This document shows positions 37,645 to 51,385 of a DNA stretch of 64,000 bases, piece after piece. A model generated the notes under the pieces. That model had not been told where the DNA came from, made no database searches, and saw only the letters and a program-made list of their open reading frames with translations. Location of the stretch: assembly GCF_018350175.1 (NCBI RefSeq), contig NC_058368.1, positions 134,356,001 to 134,420,000 on the forward strand, written 5' to 3'. The position numbers and the translations under genes are program-made. The stretch's first letter is position 1, and every line of letters starts with the position of its first letter. Source of the DNA: Felis catus. Lineage: Eukaryota.

Positions 37645-39980
37645 CTAAATATAGCTTCATTGGAGATTTCTACCAAATATTTAAAGCATTATTAGTAATT
37701 ACTCATAAAATTCTTCTAAAAAAACAGAAGAAGAGAGAATATTTCCCAAGTCATTCTGAGGTCAGTATTATACTAATACCAAAACTGACAAAGACATCAC
37801 ACAAAAAAGAAATATCTAGGCCATTATCTGATGTATACATATACATGTGCATGTACATACACACATACACCGTACCCTAGTGGAATTTATCTCAGGAGTG
37901 TAAAGTTGGCTTAATATCCTAAAATCAGTTAATGTAATATATCAATAGAATAAAGGACAAAAACAATATGGCAATTTCAGTAGATACAGAAGCATTGGAC
38001 GAAATCTAACCCCCTTTCATGATTTAAACATTCACCAAATTAGGAGAGAAGGGCATTTCCTCATCCTGATAAAGGCCCTTTATGAAAAGGCCACAGCTAA
38101 CATTACACTTATTTGCAATTGACATGATCTTGTATATAGAAAATCTGAAAGAATCCACAAAAAACTTTCAGATAATAAATGAGCTTAGCAACTCCGTAGG
38201 ATATGAGATCAATATTAAAAAACAACTGTATTTATATATACTTGCAATCCAAAAATAAAATTAAGAAAACATATCCATTTAAAATGCCATCAAAAAGAAT
38301 AAAATACTTACCAATAAGTTTACCAAAAGAAGTACAAGACCTGTGTTTACATTTTTGGAATAAATTGAAAAAGACTTAAGTAAATGGAAAAATATTCTAT
38401 GTCCATGAATTAGAAGAGAATATTATTAAGATGGCGGTACTCTCCACATTGGTCAACATATTCAATACAACCCCTATCAAAATCCAAGCTGGCTGCTTTG
38501 CAAAAAATGACACACTGATCCTAAAATTCATATGAATATGCAAGGGACTCAAAATAGCCAAAGCCATCTTGGAAAAGAACTAAGTTGTGTGATTCACATT
38601 TCCTGATTTCAAAATTACTAGAAAGCAAATGTAAACAAGATAGTGTTATACCAACATAAATACAGACATACAGATCAATGGAATGGCATAGAGAATTCAG
38701 AAATAAACTCTCACATTTACAGTGAATTGATTTTTGACCATGATTCCAAAACAGTCAAAGGAACAATGAAGAGTTTTTTCAACAAATGATGCTAGCACAA
38801 CTGTCTATCCACATGCCAAAGAGTGACATTAGACCCCTACGTTACATTATATACTAAAAATTAACTCAAAATGGATCAAAAACCTAAATGTAAGGCTTAA
38901 CACTATAAACCGTTAGAAGAGAACAGGGAGGTAAATTTTCATGACCTTTGTCTTGGCAATGGTTTCTTAGTTATGATACCCAAAGCAGAAATGAAAGAGA
39001 CAGTAGTTAAATTAGGCTTCGCCCAACTTCAAAACTTCTGTGCTTCAAAAAACACCCTGCAAGGCAACCCACTGAATGGGAGAAAATATGTGTAATCATA
39101 TATACAAAGAGCTATCACAACTCAATAATACAAAGATTAATACATGGGCAAAACTGTATAGACATTTATTCAAAGATATATGCACATGGCTGACAAATAC
39201 ATGGAAAGATGCTCAACATCATGACTCTTCAGTGAAATACAAATCAAACTATGAGATACTACTTAACACCCACTAGCATGGCTATAATCACAAAGACAGA
39301 TAATAGCAAGTATTGGGAAGGATGTGGAAAACTGGAATCCTCAGACACTGTTGGTGGGATTCTAAAATAGTGCAGCTATTTTGGAAAACATTCTGACAAT
39401 TTCTTGAAAGTTAAACCATAGAGTTACTTTATGGCCCAGCATTTCTACTCCTGGGTGTATACCCCAGAGAAATGAAACCATATGGTTACACAAAACCTTG
39501 TGCACAAACGTTCATAGGCACACTATTCATAATATACCAAAGGTGTAAACATCCCAAATATCCACCAAGTAATGAGTGGATAAATACACTCTAGTGTATC
39601 CATATCCACACAAGGGAATAGTATTTAGTCATAAAAAGAAGGAAATACTAATACAGGCAACAATGTGAATGAAACTTGAAAACATGCCAAGTGAAAGATT
39701 CCAGATATGAAAGTCCACAAATTGTATAATTCCATTTATATGAAATGTCCAGAATCGGCAATTTCATAGAAACAAAAGTAGATAATGGTTTCCTAGGTCT
39801 GAAAAGGACAGGAGGATTGAGAAGTGATAACTAAAGATATGAGGTCCCATTTTAGGGTATTGAAAATGTTCTAAAGTTGTGGTAATGACTGCACTATATA
39901 CTAAAACCCCTGAATTATATACTTTAAAGGGTGAATTGTGTAGTGTATGAATTGCGTATCAATAAGCATGTTACCAAAAA
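36860..39980 (+). mobile_element. L1MB-type fragment (decayed ORF2 to 3'UTR, internal deletions, (CA)n at ~37593-37645)
   Basis: agttggttctttgaaaagatcaatgaaattg, cagatcaatggaat, ttaactcaaaatggatcaaaaacctaaatgtaag; L1MB tail tgaaatgtccagaatcggc...tgaattatatactttaaagggtgaattg. Confidence 0.9.
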
Positions 39981-39997
39981 CATTTTTTTGTAATTTT

Positions 39998-40013
39998 TTA
40001 ATGTTTACTTATT

Positions 40014-40062
<49 letters not shown>

Positions 40063-40236
40063 GAGCACTAGTTAGGGAGGGGCAGAGAGAGAGAGGGAAA
40101 CATAGAATCAAAGCAGGTTCCAGGCTCTGAGCTGTCAGCACAGAGCCTGATGCAGGGCTCGAACTCACGAGCCATGAGATCATGACCTGAGCCAAAGTTG
40201 GACACTTAACCAGCCGAGACACCCAGCCTTGCTCCC
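39998..40236 (-). mobile_element. SINEC_Fc
   Basis: Reverse body with (GA)n; TSD gtaatttttt. Confidence 0.95.
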
Positions 40237-40434
40237 AAGTAATTTTTTTAAACCCTCATATATCCTTCTCCAAATTCTGGATGTCTATCCTGGAGAAAAC
40301 ACATATGTTCTCTTTGAGTTGAGTACAGACTATTAATTTAAAAACTGTTTAAGTCCATTAATGGGAAGCTTAAATAATTTATAGTAAATTTATACCATGG
40401 GATATTACAGTGTCATTAAAGAAGGAGATAGATC

Positions 40435-40644
40435 TTTTTTTTTTTTAATTTTATTTTTCAGAGAGAGAGTACACACACACAAGTGGAGGAGGGGCAGAGG
40501 GAGAGGGAGTGGGAAAATCCCAAGCAGGCTCCACACTCAGTGTAGATAGAGCCTGATGCGGGGCTCAGTCTCACAATGTGGGATCATGACCTGAGCCAAA
40601 ATCAAGAGTCAGACGCTTAACTAACTGAACCACCCAGGCTCCCC
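40435..40644 (-). mobile_element. Older Can-SINE
   Basis: gagccaaaatcaagagtcagacgcttaactaactgaaccacccaggctcccc. Confidence 0.9.
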
Positions 40645-41099
40645 TAGAATGAGATAGAAATTTTTCTATATTAACACAGTTACATCTTTTACACACTTTT
40701 AAGTCCCATTCATAAAAAAAACCCCTGTTTTTATACACATACATGCATGTAAATACGCAAAGGACATACAAGTGTATGTCAAACGATTAACAGTAATTTC
40801 TTCAGCAGTGAGGAGGTCCGTAGGTGGATGGGAAGTAGAACAGGGAAAGTATTGTTTGCACCTTTCCAACAACAAAGTGTTTCCGTATCACCAGTATAAA
40901 ATAAAAACAAATAGAAAGCTACATAAAATGGATATAACTCATGAACCAAGTCTCAAGGCACTTTATACCATCAAATTGTTGCTGAGGGGAGTAGACTAAG
41001 GTATCGTTGCAGAACTGGCAATTACTCTTAGTGGCGCAGAGTTTTATTCTATGTGACATTAATTTTGGTAGAACAAGGGAGATGGCATGCTTTGACAAG

Positions 41100-41490
41100 A
41101 GTTCTGTCTGGTTCATGGTCAGGCCTGTGTGGTTACTATTCCCTCTGACTAGAGTATTCTTCCTACAAATATCCACACGCAGTCCTCCCCACTCTTTTAC
41201 GCCTTTGCGCAAATAGCTTCTTCTCAGCCATTCTTATTGGCCCATTGCACTTGAACTTCAACACTCACCCCCCACCCCATTAGCCCAGCCCCCTTCCTGC
41301 TTTATTTTTCTCAACAGCACCTTCAGCCCTCAGACACCCTGTAGCTTTTACTTACTTGTCTAATGTCCATCTCCTCTCACTACAAGTTAAGTCTATGAAG
41401 GTAGGAACGTTTATCAAATGTTTTACGGCTATAACCCAGGATCTAGAATGATAGCACATGATATGTGTTCAATAAATTTTTGCTGACTCA
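41100..41490 (+). mobile_element. L2 3' fragment
   Basis: ctgctttatttttctcaacagcac...ggatctagaatgatagcacatgatatgtgttcaataaatttttgctga. Confidence 0.7.
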
Positions 41491-41501
41491 CTGGAAGAAC
41501 C

Positions 41502-41504
<3 letters not shown>

Positions 41505-41552
<48 letters not shown>

Positions 41553-41620
41553 TATAATTATTATATATAGTTCTCTCTATATATTACATACATAGAATAA
41601 ACAAATATTATATATATATT
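41505..41620. repeat. (TA)n microsatellite and AT-rich low-complexity tract
   Basis: Read directly from the sequence. Confidence 0.9.
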
Positions 41621-41963
41621 TCAATAATGGCATTTGAATTGAGGAGATGGTGATTGTGGGAGCTACTGGCATAGCTGGGATGGAAAAGGGTTGCCTCTCT
41701 GAACACTTATTGTCAAATACTGCCCATTGAGTGAAATAATTTAAAAACTAAACATGGTTGACAACAATACTGTTTCCAGATTTTCTGCAATTGGCCAAAA
41801 CCCTTGCTCTCACTCATGCGCTAGTCATCACTGAGACTCACAAAGGGGAACGACATAAGAGCAGAAATGACATTTCCTTTTCTCCCCACTTTTAGTCAAG
41901 CTGAACCAATCACAGAATCACACAAAATATCTGCACTTGGGGAATAAGAATTTAGGGATTTCA

Positions 41964-42164
41964 TTTTTTTTTAAGTTTATTTTGAGAGAGAGAGAGAGAC
42001 CACAAGTGGAGAAGTGGCACAGAGAGATGGACAGAGAATCCCAAGCAGGCTCTGTACTGTCAGCCCAGAGCCTGACGCAGGGCTAGATCCCACAAACCGT
42101 GAGATCATGACCTGAGCTGAAATCAATAGTAGGATGCTTAACTGACTGAGGCACCCAGGTGTCC
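41964..42164 (-). mobile_element. Older Can-SINE
   Basis: Reverse body; TSD core agggatttca. Confidence 0.9.
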
Positions 42165-44463
42165 TGAGAGTTCAGGGATTTCAAATATTAACTTCCACTC
42201 ATCAAAGCATTGTATCCCCCATCTAAGGTTGGAGTTGCAATTAACATAACTCTACTTCTTTACGAAGCTGATTTTTCCATCCATTCATTAATGTGTCCTT
42301 CTTAGTGAGTCAGTGAGTCCTTATTTAATTACACACTTCTTTCTCCTTCACTATTTCTGTGTATGTATGAACATGAAAACGCTTTCTTCAATTTTCAAGT
42401 CCCACAAACCAAGATACGGTATAGTGATGGGGTGAGTTTTTGGACTTTGCACATGAACATTCCAAGCTTGAAGGCAGAAGGTGTGAAGCTGTTTGTATCG
42501 TGCAGAGGCGGTTTTGCAAGACCGCAGAGAAGAAAGAGGAGATTCAGGAGGATTAGCAGCAAAAACAGCTAAAAGAAGAGCACCCATAGGTGGGATAGGA
42601 GATATTCATGGGTTGAGTTAGAAAAAAATCATTTCTTCCCCATAAATTCACAAGAATTTGATAAAAACAGGAAAGACCATGGAGATCTAGATCTAAAACC
42701 AAGAGGCACGATGTAGTCTTACATGTTTCTTTGAGATCTCCCAAGGGGCACTGAATTTGGATATTCCCCAAAGGGGTGAAGGGTAAATCTATATTGTCAT
42801 TGTTTAAAACTCCCCCAGGAGATTGAATTCTCTTAGAAAGACAGGCCATTCTCATTTCAGAGAGAGCCCTAAGTTCTTCATATATCGTCTCCGTCTCTCT
42901 CATCTTCGTTTAGATTCCATGCCCTTCTCGAGTGTTTGGAGTAAAGAGAAAGACTGCCTTTCTTGGGAAAACTGAAGTTCCTCAGTGTCCCGCAGCCCTG
43001 TGGTGCATCAGGGCATGGCTTCTCTCAGTGTGCCTTACACTGAGGTGCAAAACACAGTGTTCCGTAAGCATTTCTAAGAACTGTTATAAAGTACGAAGGT
43101 TGTTCTGCCAAGCAGATCCTAGACGGGCTGTACGCTCCTCACTTGATCATAACACAGGACTTGTTGCCTACAGGTCTACCTATTAAGACGACAGAGCAGT
43201 GCTCCTAAAGCGGTTGGGTGGTGGAGCAGGGGGCCCCTGAGTCACCCTTCCATTAGTTCTAACAGACAGGTTTGGGAAATGAGGCTGGTTACGGTCTGGT
43301 TGGGTGGTTGCCCTGTGCTGCTCTGTCCCGTCGGAATTGCTCAGGAGTCTGGAGCCGCGCCTGTCTGGGTGGGGTGCAGATGGGTGCAGATCAGGAATCT
43401 GGGGTCAGAGTAGGAGCAGCAGTTTCAAAAATCCTTGGTCAGCTGTGTGGAACCTCACGTCTCTTTTCGGTGCCAATGGCTTGAAGCCAAACTAGCAGAT
43501 CGAGTTTGGGGAGGTGAACTGTTGTGTGGGCTTTGTTTTTCTTTTTTTGTGTGTTTTTTTTTTGTTTGTTTTTTGGGTTTTTTTTGTTTTAATGTTTCGT
43601 TTTAATCCTTTGGGTTTTCTGCAAATTTGAAAATGACCCACAAGAAATCAGTATTTTTCCTTCATACCCTATCTCTACCCATTCCTGATTTGAGCAGATT
43701 CCACGATATCAGTTGAATGGAAGAAGGATACCATTCGTAACTCGTATTTCCATAAGCACATCTTTTTACTCATAGTACAAAGTCGTAATTCTTCCAGTAA
43801 AACAGTGATGAAATATTAACGAAGATGCAATGATAAGATTGACACTGCTGATGGCAATACAAAGATTTCTTTTCTTCAGTCACTGAAGTGGTTTGTTATC
43901 CTACTCCTTGTCCAAGGCCTCAGGGATAATTAAAATTCTTTCACTACACGAGTGTCTCGCGAAGTGTGTTAATGAGATTGTTTTCTGATATGCAAAGATG
44001 TCCTGACATGGTTTTTAAATGCGTGCCGCACATCCCCGACCAATTATCATACAAAATGCAACTCTTTCTCTTTGTCTATCATTAGATCCTGAATAGACAG
44101 CATTAGACCCAACCGCCTAATTCTGGCTTCATTCTCGCGTCTGATTCTATAGTAATGTTGTGAGGCGCTTACTTAGCAACGGGGGTAAATGTTTGTTTTA
44201 AATGTGATTTCTTTTCTTCAGCCTCTTTGGAAATAGGCTTCAATTAAGAAGTGCGCCTTCCGTTTCTTCAGAGGAGCGAGCATGTGTTTGCACACACATA
44301 CCTTGGCTTGTTCCCTCTTCCTCCCTGTGGTGATTTTGATGAGGTGAGGGTTTGTGCTGGCAAAACTCTGAAGTGTGGACAAATTGTGCCGCACTTCCAT
44401 TAATGCAAGATGGAAAACGTGACTAAATATTCTGGAAAATGTAATTTATGTCCGCTCGAGCTT

Positions 44464-44921
44464 TGTATTAGTTTGCTAGGGATGCTGTAAGAAGGTACCA
44501 CAAGCTGGGTGGCTTAAACAACAGAAGTTTGTCTCACAGTTCTGGAGGCTTTAAAGTCTGAGATCAGCGTGTTGGCAGGCTTGGCTTTTTTTCTGAGGGC
44601 TGGGAAGGAGAATCTGTTCCATTCCGCTCTCCTAGTTTCTGGTGGTTTGCTGGCACTTTGGTGTCCTTTGGCTTGTAGAAGCGGCTGCCTTCATCTTCAT
44701 ATGACATCCTCCCTGTATGTCTGCCTGTGTCCAAATTTCCCCGTTTTATAAGGACATCAGTCGTATTGGATTACGAGCCACCCTCCTCTGGTATGATCTC
44801 ATCTTCTTTTAACTAATTATATCTGCAGTGACCCTATTTCCAAATAAGGTGCAACTCTCAGATACTGGGGATTAGGTTTTCACATATGAATTTGAGGGAG
44901 AGCACAGTTCAGCCCACAACA
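44464..44921 (-). mobile_element. MLT1C-like solo LTR
   Basis: tgtattagtttgctagggatgctgtaa...cacagttcagcccacaaca; perfect 5-bp TSD AGCTT (44459-63, 44922-26). Confidence 0.9.
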
Positions 44922-45787
44922 AGCTTCAAGTAAATAATAGACCATTTAGCTCCATGAATTGAATTGTAAGTTCAAAATAATAGGGAAGTTGTTTTTTTAA
45001 GATGAGCGTAACACTTGCTTTTCATCTCCCCGTAAGTCCCCCTAAGGCACCCTTGTGTGCCTTCCTTCACCAACCATTGGGAAGATGATTTATAACTGGC
45101 TTTAAAGGTGTTGCTGTGCACAGAAGTTTGGTGTAGCCTTTTCGAGACTAAGATACAAAAAAAAAAAAAAAAAAAACAACTCATTGCCCAATTCTTTTCA
45201 TTATAGTCACTGTTTCTTTTGCCGCTTCTGTTAATTTGGAGAGACATATGCGACTTTGTGCTTCACTAGAGGAGTACAGACTTCATGAGGGTCTGACCCG
45301 GCTCCACCCAGTTGATCCAGGTGAACAAGGTGTCTGTTCAGCGGAGCCCAGAGACCTCGTAAGGTTTGTGGATTCATGTTGTACATTAAGTTATAGGTTT
45401 AAAACTCACTGTTCATTAGCCACCTTCTAGACCCGAAAGAATGCTGCCACAGGATGCCGAGTTGGAAAAGTGGTAGTAAAATGTCATAGTACATGCCCCA
45501 CACTTTAATGGAAAAAAGAAAGGTTTTAATGCTTGCTGCCTATTTTTTGTTGTTGTTCATTGGACAAAAAAAGGTGAACGCTCCTAGGCCAGCACATGAT
45601 AAAATCAGGTTTCCTCATTTCCTTCAATATTAGATCATGATGAGAAAATATTCTGTTACCTGTTCTCTTTATAAATAGTGGAGTTCTAACAGTCATGTAC
45701 TTTAATCTCTTTTAAAGTCCCCAGCAACATATATAAGTGGTGCCCTTTGACCCAGATCCCAGTATGCGTACCTCATAAATCATTTTT

Positions 45788-46950
45788 TTCAGACGTATGT
45801 GTTTTTACTTTTATTTTATTTTTAAATTAAAATTTTAATTCCAGTGCAGTTAACATACTATGTTATATTAGTTTCAGGTGTACAATACAGTGATTCAACA
45901 ATTCTATACATCACCTTGTGCTCACCATGACGAGTGCACTCCTTAATCCCCATCACCTATTTCCCCCATCCCCCACCTACCTTTCCCCTGGTAGCCATGT
46001 TTGTTCTCTCTAGTTAAGAGTCTGTTTCTTGGTTTGCGTCTCTTTTTTTTTTCTTTGCTCATTTATTTTGTTTCTTCAAATTCCACAAATGAGTGAAATC
46101 ATATGGTATTTGCCTTTGTCTCATTTGTTTCTCTTAGCATTATACTCTCTAGCTCCATCCATGTTGTTGTAAATGTCAAGATTTCATTCTTTTTAATGAC
46201 TGAATAGTATTTAATAGTGTGTGTATATATATGTATATATACATATATATACATACACCACATCTTCTTTATCTATTCATCTTTTGGTGGACACTTGGGC
46301 TGCTTTCACAATTTGGCTATTATAAATAATGCTGCAATAAACAGAGGGGTGCATGTATCCCTTTGAATTAGTGTTTCTGTAATTTTGGGGTAAAAACCCA
46401 GTGGTATGATTGCTGAATAGTCAGGTAGTTCTATTTTTGACTTTTTTGAGGAACCTATATACTGTCTTCCACAGTGGCTGCACCAATAGTGTAAGAGGGT
46501 TCCTTTTTCCCCACATCCTCGCCAACACCTGTTGTTTCTTGTGCTGTTGATTGTAGCCATTCTGACAAGTCTGAGGTGATGTCTCATTGTAGTTTTGTTT
46601 GCATTGCCCTGATTATCAGTGATGTTGAACATCTTTTCATTCATCTTTTGGCCATCTGTATGTCTTCTCTGGAGAAATATCTTTTCATGTCTTCTGCCCA
46701 TTTTTAAATTGGATTATTCATTTTTTTGGGTGTTGGATTGTGTAAGTTCTTTTTGTATTTCTGATACTAACCCTTTATCAGATACATCATTTGCAAATAT
46801 CTTCTCCTATTCAGTAGGTTGCCTTTTACTTTTGTTGATTGTTTCCTTCACAGTGCAGAAGCTTTTTATTTTGATGTAGTCCCAATAGTTTACTTTTTAT
46901 TTTGTTTCCCTTGCCTCCGGAGGCATGTCTAGAAAAATATTGCTACAGCC
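45788..46950 (-). mobile_element. Carnivore L1, 5'-truncated (ORF2 C-terminus plus 3'UTR)
   Basis: Minus ORF 46306-46701 resembles frameshifted L1 ORF2 ([13 protein letters not shown]...[31 protein letters not shown]); TSD cctcataaatcattttt/cctcatgaataattttt. Confidence 0.92.
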
Positions 46951-47272
46951 CCTCATGAATAATTTTTAACTATTCATTAACTCTTCTGAAATGCCCTCTT
47001 CTGATAGCATGCCTTTTCAATATTGGCATAATAATATGCTAATCACTTCTGTTTCATCTTTTTCCATATATGCTGAGAAATGAGAAGTGACACTACTCTT
47101 CCCACCCTCTCCCCCAAAAGGAATGGAAGAGATTGAGAACCCTGTGCTCTCAGGTCAGTGGCTCCAGTCTTCCCTTGTTTGGTGTGCTTTCAGAGCACAG
47201 TGCATTCTTTCTTTCTCTTGTTGCTAGTTGCCCACATTGAAACTCTGGGGCAGTGGTTTGCATGTTTGGTAA

Positions 47273-47628
47273 TGTTACAGACCGAATGTCTGTGTCCTCC
47301 CAAAATACATATATTGAAACCCAGTCCTCAGTATGATGGTGTTTGTAGGTAGCGCCTTTGGGAAACGATTAGGTCCTGAGAGTGGAGTCCTCATGAATGG
47401 GAGTAGTGCCCTTACAAAAGAGGCTCCAGAAAGCTTCCTGCCCTCTTCTGCCATCCGAGGATAGAGCGTGAAGATGGTGGGGAACCGGGAAATGGATTCA
47501 CCAATGTCAAATCTGGTGGAGCTTTGAGTTTAGACTTCCCAGCCTCCAAAACTGTGAGAAAAAAATTTTTTGTTGTGTTTAAGTCATGTAGTCTATGGTA
47601 TTTTGTTTTACCAGGCTGGGCTAAGACA
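47273..47628 (+). mobile_element. MLT1A0-like solo LTR
   Basis: tgttacagaccgaatgtctgtgtcctcccaaaatacatatattgaaacc...gggctaagaca. Confidence 0.88.
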
Positions 47629-48131
47629 AAGAGGGAGCAGTTTGAACAGAGTAGGCTACCTTTATATGCCACACTGAATTAGGCTACCATCATCCCATGT
47701 TCTAGTGCAGAGTATAATGCTAACCATGTTAATACAGTAATGACTCTATAGGCTGCTTGACTCTCAAAGTGCTTTCACATTCGTTCTTTCCTTTGGATGT
47801 AGCTAAAACTGCCCCATCTAAACCAAGAACACTTTCCCTGTGAGCTGGAAAGAGGTTTACTGAAGGTATAATTTGGTCATACAACCTCCTCCCCTTTGAA
47901 GAGAAACACGTATACAGTTGATGGTCTCTACAACAATAGGGAACAAACAAACAAACAAACAAACCCAAGAGCTTTCTACCATTATACCTGTTTCTGGAAT
48001 TTTGTTTTTGCCAAAAGGAAAGACATACAAATTTGCAAGAAATTTATCAGAATGAAAAGGAAGTTTGGGTCATTAAGAAAGGAAGACACAGAACTCTCCA
48101 AAGTTGGGTGCAACTTAGAAATATTTGACTC

Positions 48132-48349
48132 GGGCACCTGGGTGGCTCAGTCGGTTAAGCGTCTGGCTTCAGCTCAGGTCATGATCTTGCAGTTTGTGAG
48201 TTCAAGCCCCACATCGGGCTCTGTGCTGACAGCTCAGAACCTGGAGCCTGCTTCAGGTTCTGTGTCTCCTCCTCTCTCTGCCCCTCCCATGCTCATGCTC
48301 TGTCTCTGTCTCTCAATAATAAATAAATGTTAAACAAATTTTTAAAAAA
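48132..48349 (+). mobile_element. SINEC_Fc
   Basis: Perfect 15-bp TSD agaaatatttgactc. Confidence 0.97.
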
Positions 48350-49726
48350 AGAAATATTTGACTCATCCAAGTATTCAGATTTTCTGACATGGGAACATGC
48401 TCCACAACGCCATGGGGACTGTGAAGGATCATACTCTACCCAAAACATAAGTTCCTCTAGTTCAGACATGTAGCTTAAGAGAGTCTTACATAATCTCTGC
48501 TGCAAGCAGCTAAAATCTTTAATCATATTGGTGTTCTCTGCAAGACTTAGAATTTAAGAACGCAGAGTCATTCTTAAGGATACCTGTATGGATGCCCCAA
48601 ACCCTGAGTTTCTGGAAGTGGGTTAGATTTTCTTTTTCCCTCCCTCCCTTCCTTCTTTCTCTTTTTTTTTCTTTCTCCCATCCTCACCCTCTCCGTCCTT
48701 TCTTCTTTCCATAATTATTTAGTACCTACCATGTGGCAAGTTTGATGCTCTACTTCACAGATTAAGAAATAAATACATCACTTTGCCTCCCCTAAAGATG
48801 CTTGTAAACTAATGAAGACACACAGGTCTCATCCAGGTGTTATCAATGCAAGATGAGTCTTTTCTTGCCAGCATCTTCCTTTAGGTCTTGTTAAAACACT
48901 TCCGCTTCTTTAGACATTTGAACAGCTGTGAAACTCCATCCTGTCTCACATTCTCAGGGCAAAAAGCAGTGACTTCAAATTAGTATATGATATAGTTAGT
49001 AAACATGAAATATAAATAATGTATTTCACATCTTAATTTGAGCCCCTAAATTGGGGTGTGGTTTCTCTCTATTCATGAAAACTTGAATTTCAGCGCTTCC
49101 TGTTCCATAAATAATGTGACTTCAGTGACCTGAACCCCTTCCCCAAGGGCATTGTTCAAAATGCATGTTTGAGATACCAGGAATAGTGAGGAAAATGCCC
49201 ACATGGCAGTAACCTGAAAAGCAGGGTGTGATCCCAGGAGGCACGAGAGATGTTTCCCTAGTTGGTTAATCCTGGGTGGGGGTGTGTGTGGGAGATCAGG
49301 ATTAGTGTGTTTCTGGTTCAAGTAGCTATGAGCTTTTATGTTAAGACCCTCAGGGTAACAGAACAAAGCCTGCAAGCCCATGAGGGCAGAGCTGGAAACG
49401 CTGAAGGTCTAAGCCTCAGTAAGATACAGGACTGATAAAGCTGTGCCTAGTGCCACAGGAAGGCCACAGGGAGGTCTATCTATCTCTGCCAAAATTCCTG
49501 GGGAGTTATATTTGGGTCTTCTGTGCATAAATGTGGGGTTTAAATTTATACCACTTTTGAGGTCCTCTCAAGGTTTAGGAGTTTCCAAACTGAGAAATTA
49601 ACATCATTGGGCTCCCATACCAATGATAATTCTGGGGCAATTATTACACCTGAAGAGAAAACCACTCCGCGGCGTGTGTGCCCCATGATTCTCATGAATG
49701 AAGTGCCTCTCACACTAAACTTTCAT

Positions 49727-49827
49727 GAGTAAATGATCTGGAATGTGGGAGGAACTACAGACATAACAGGTCACTGGGGGAGTAAATGATCTAGAATGGG
49801 GGAGGAACTATAGACATAATAGGTCAC
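49727..49827. repeat. Tandem duplication, two 48-bp copies, 53-bp period
   Basis: gagtaaatgatct...aggtcac twice, 44/48 identical. Confidence 0.9.
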
Positions 49828-50720
49828 ATTAGAAGATCAGTCTTTTCATATTAGAGCATATTTTAATAGAGAATATAAAGTCATTGTGTTCAAATAATTA
49901 TGTTAATACAAAGAATCAACTCTAAGAATACACCATAAATAACAACAAAAAGATTGAAACAAGTGAAATAGAACTTTTAAAGTTAAACAATAAACAAACA
50001 GCTTGTGGAGCATATTAGAAACAGCTGAAGTAAAAATATTGAACTAGAACATAGATCTGAGAAAATTAACTGAAATATAACTGAGAAAGATAAATTAAAA
50101 ACTTAAAAAAAAGAGATTCAGTGACATGGAGATAATAGCAAGGTCTAATATACGTCTGCTGAAAGTTTAAGAGGAAAAAGAAAAAGAATGATGAAGACTC
50201 AATAGTAACAAGAGGACGGCTAAGAATTTTATAAATGATGAAAAACATGGATCTTGAGATCCAACAATGAAATGTTTCAAGTAAGATAAATACATTAAAA
50301 AAAAACTATTGATAATAGACTTGTCATGGCAGCAATAGACGCCAGGGTACATTTGAAGAATATCTTCATGTTGCCGAGGAAGAACTGTCAACCTAGAATT
50401 AGAAACTAAACAAACTATCAATCAGGGATGAAAGTATAATAAGGACAATTTTAGGCACACAAAAAGACATTGAGGCGCTACCACCCACATATTCTCACGA
50501 AGGCCATTATTTAAGGATTTACCCCAGAAAGAAGAAAATCGAACCCAGAAGGAAGAAGAGGGTTTCCAAAAGCAGTAATGTGCAAAACAATTGGCAAACA
50601 CAGGGTAAATCTAAACAGACGTTAACAATATAAAAAATGAAATAACTATGAAGTATGTGTTCATACGAATCAAGTTGAACTAAAATTTTGAGAAAAATGA
50701 CATTTAAGAAAGGAAGGGAT

Positions 50721-50968
50721 GGGGTGCCTGGGTGGCTCAAGTCAGTTGAATATAAGACTTCAGCTCAGGTCATGATCTCACGGATCATGAGTTCGAGCCC
50801 CATGTAGGATTCTGTGCTGACAAATCAGAGCCTGGAGCCTGCTTTGTATTCTGTGTCTCCCTCTTTCTCTGCCCCTCCCCTGCTCGCTCTCTCTCTCTCT
50901 CTCTCTCAAAATAAGTAAACATTAAAAAGTAAAACAACAACAACAACAACCAAAAAAAAAAAAAAAAC
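50721..50968 (+). mobile_element. SINEC_Fc
   Basis: TSD aagaaaggaaggg; (CAA)n and A tail. Confidence 0.95.
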
Positions 50969-51385
50969 AAGAAAGGAAGGGGTAATCATAGCTAAAGTTT
51001 CTAAAGTCCTGGTAATATTTGGAAACCTGGTAAAATTTTTGCTTCACTTTCAACTTTGTTCAGACAGATGTGCACAACTAACAGGATAAACCATAAAACC
51101 GTATAGATTAAATGTATAATTTTCTAACCAATGAAAGGAAAGAAAGAATTATGGAAAATAAATCATTCCAATGCTTGTTTTGGGAAGATAAAAAAAAGGA
51201 CAAATAAAAATATGTGATACAGAAATCATGAAATAAAGTGATAAAAATGAAAACTACCCAGAATAGACTAACTAATGAACTAATCTCATCAGTTGAAAGA
51301 CCAGGATTACCAGATTGGATTAAGAAAATGGAATCCATCTACTTGATAGTTACAAAAGTTATACATTGTCTTATTCTGAGTGCAT

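Larger units (their letters stand above)
49440..51350 (+). mobile_element. Ancient L1M/HAL1-like ORF1 region, interrupted by a SINE
   Basis: A-rich; attagaaacagctgaagtaaaaatattgaactagaacatagatctgagaaaatta and aaggtctaatatacgtct resemble L1 ORF1. Confidence 0.6.
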
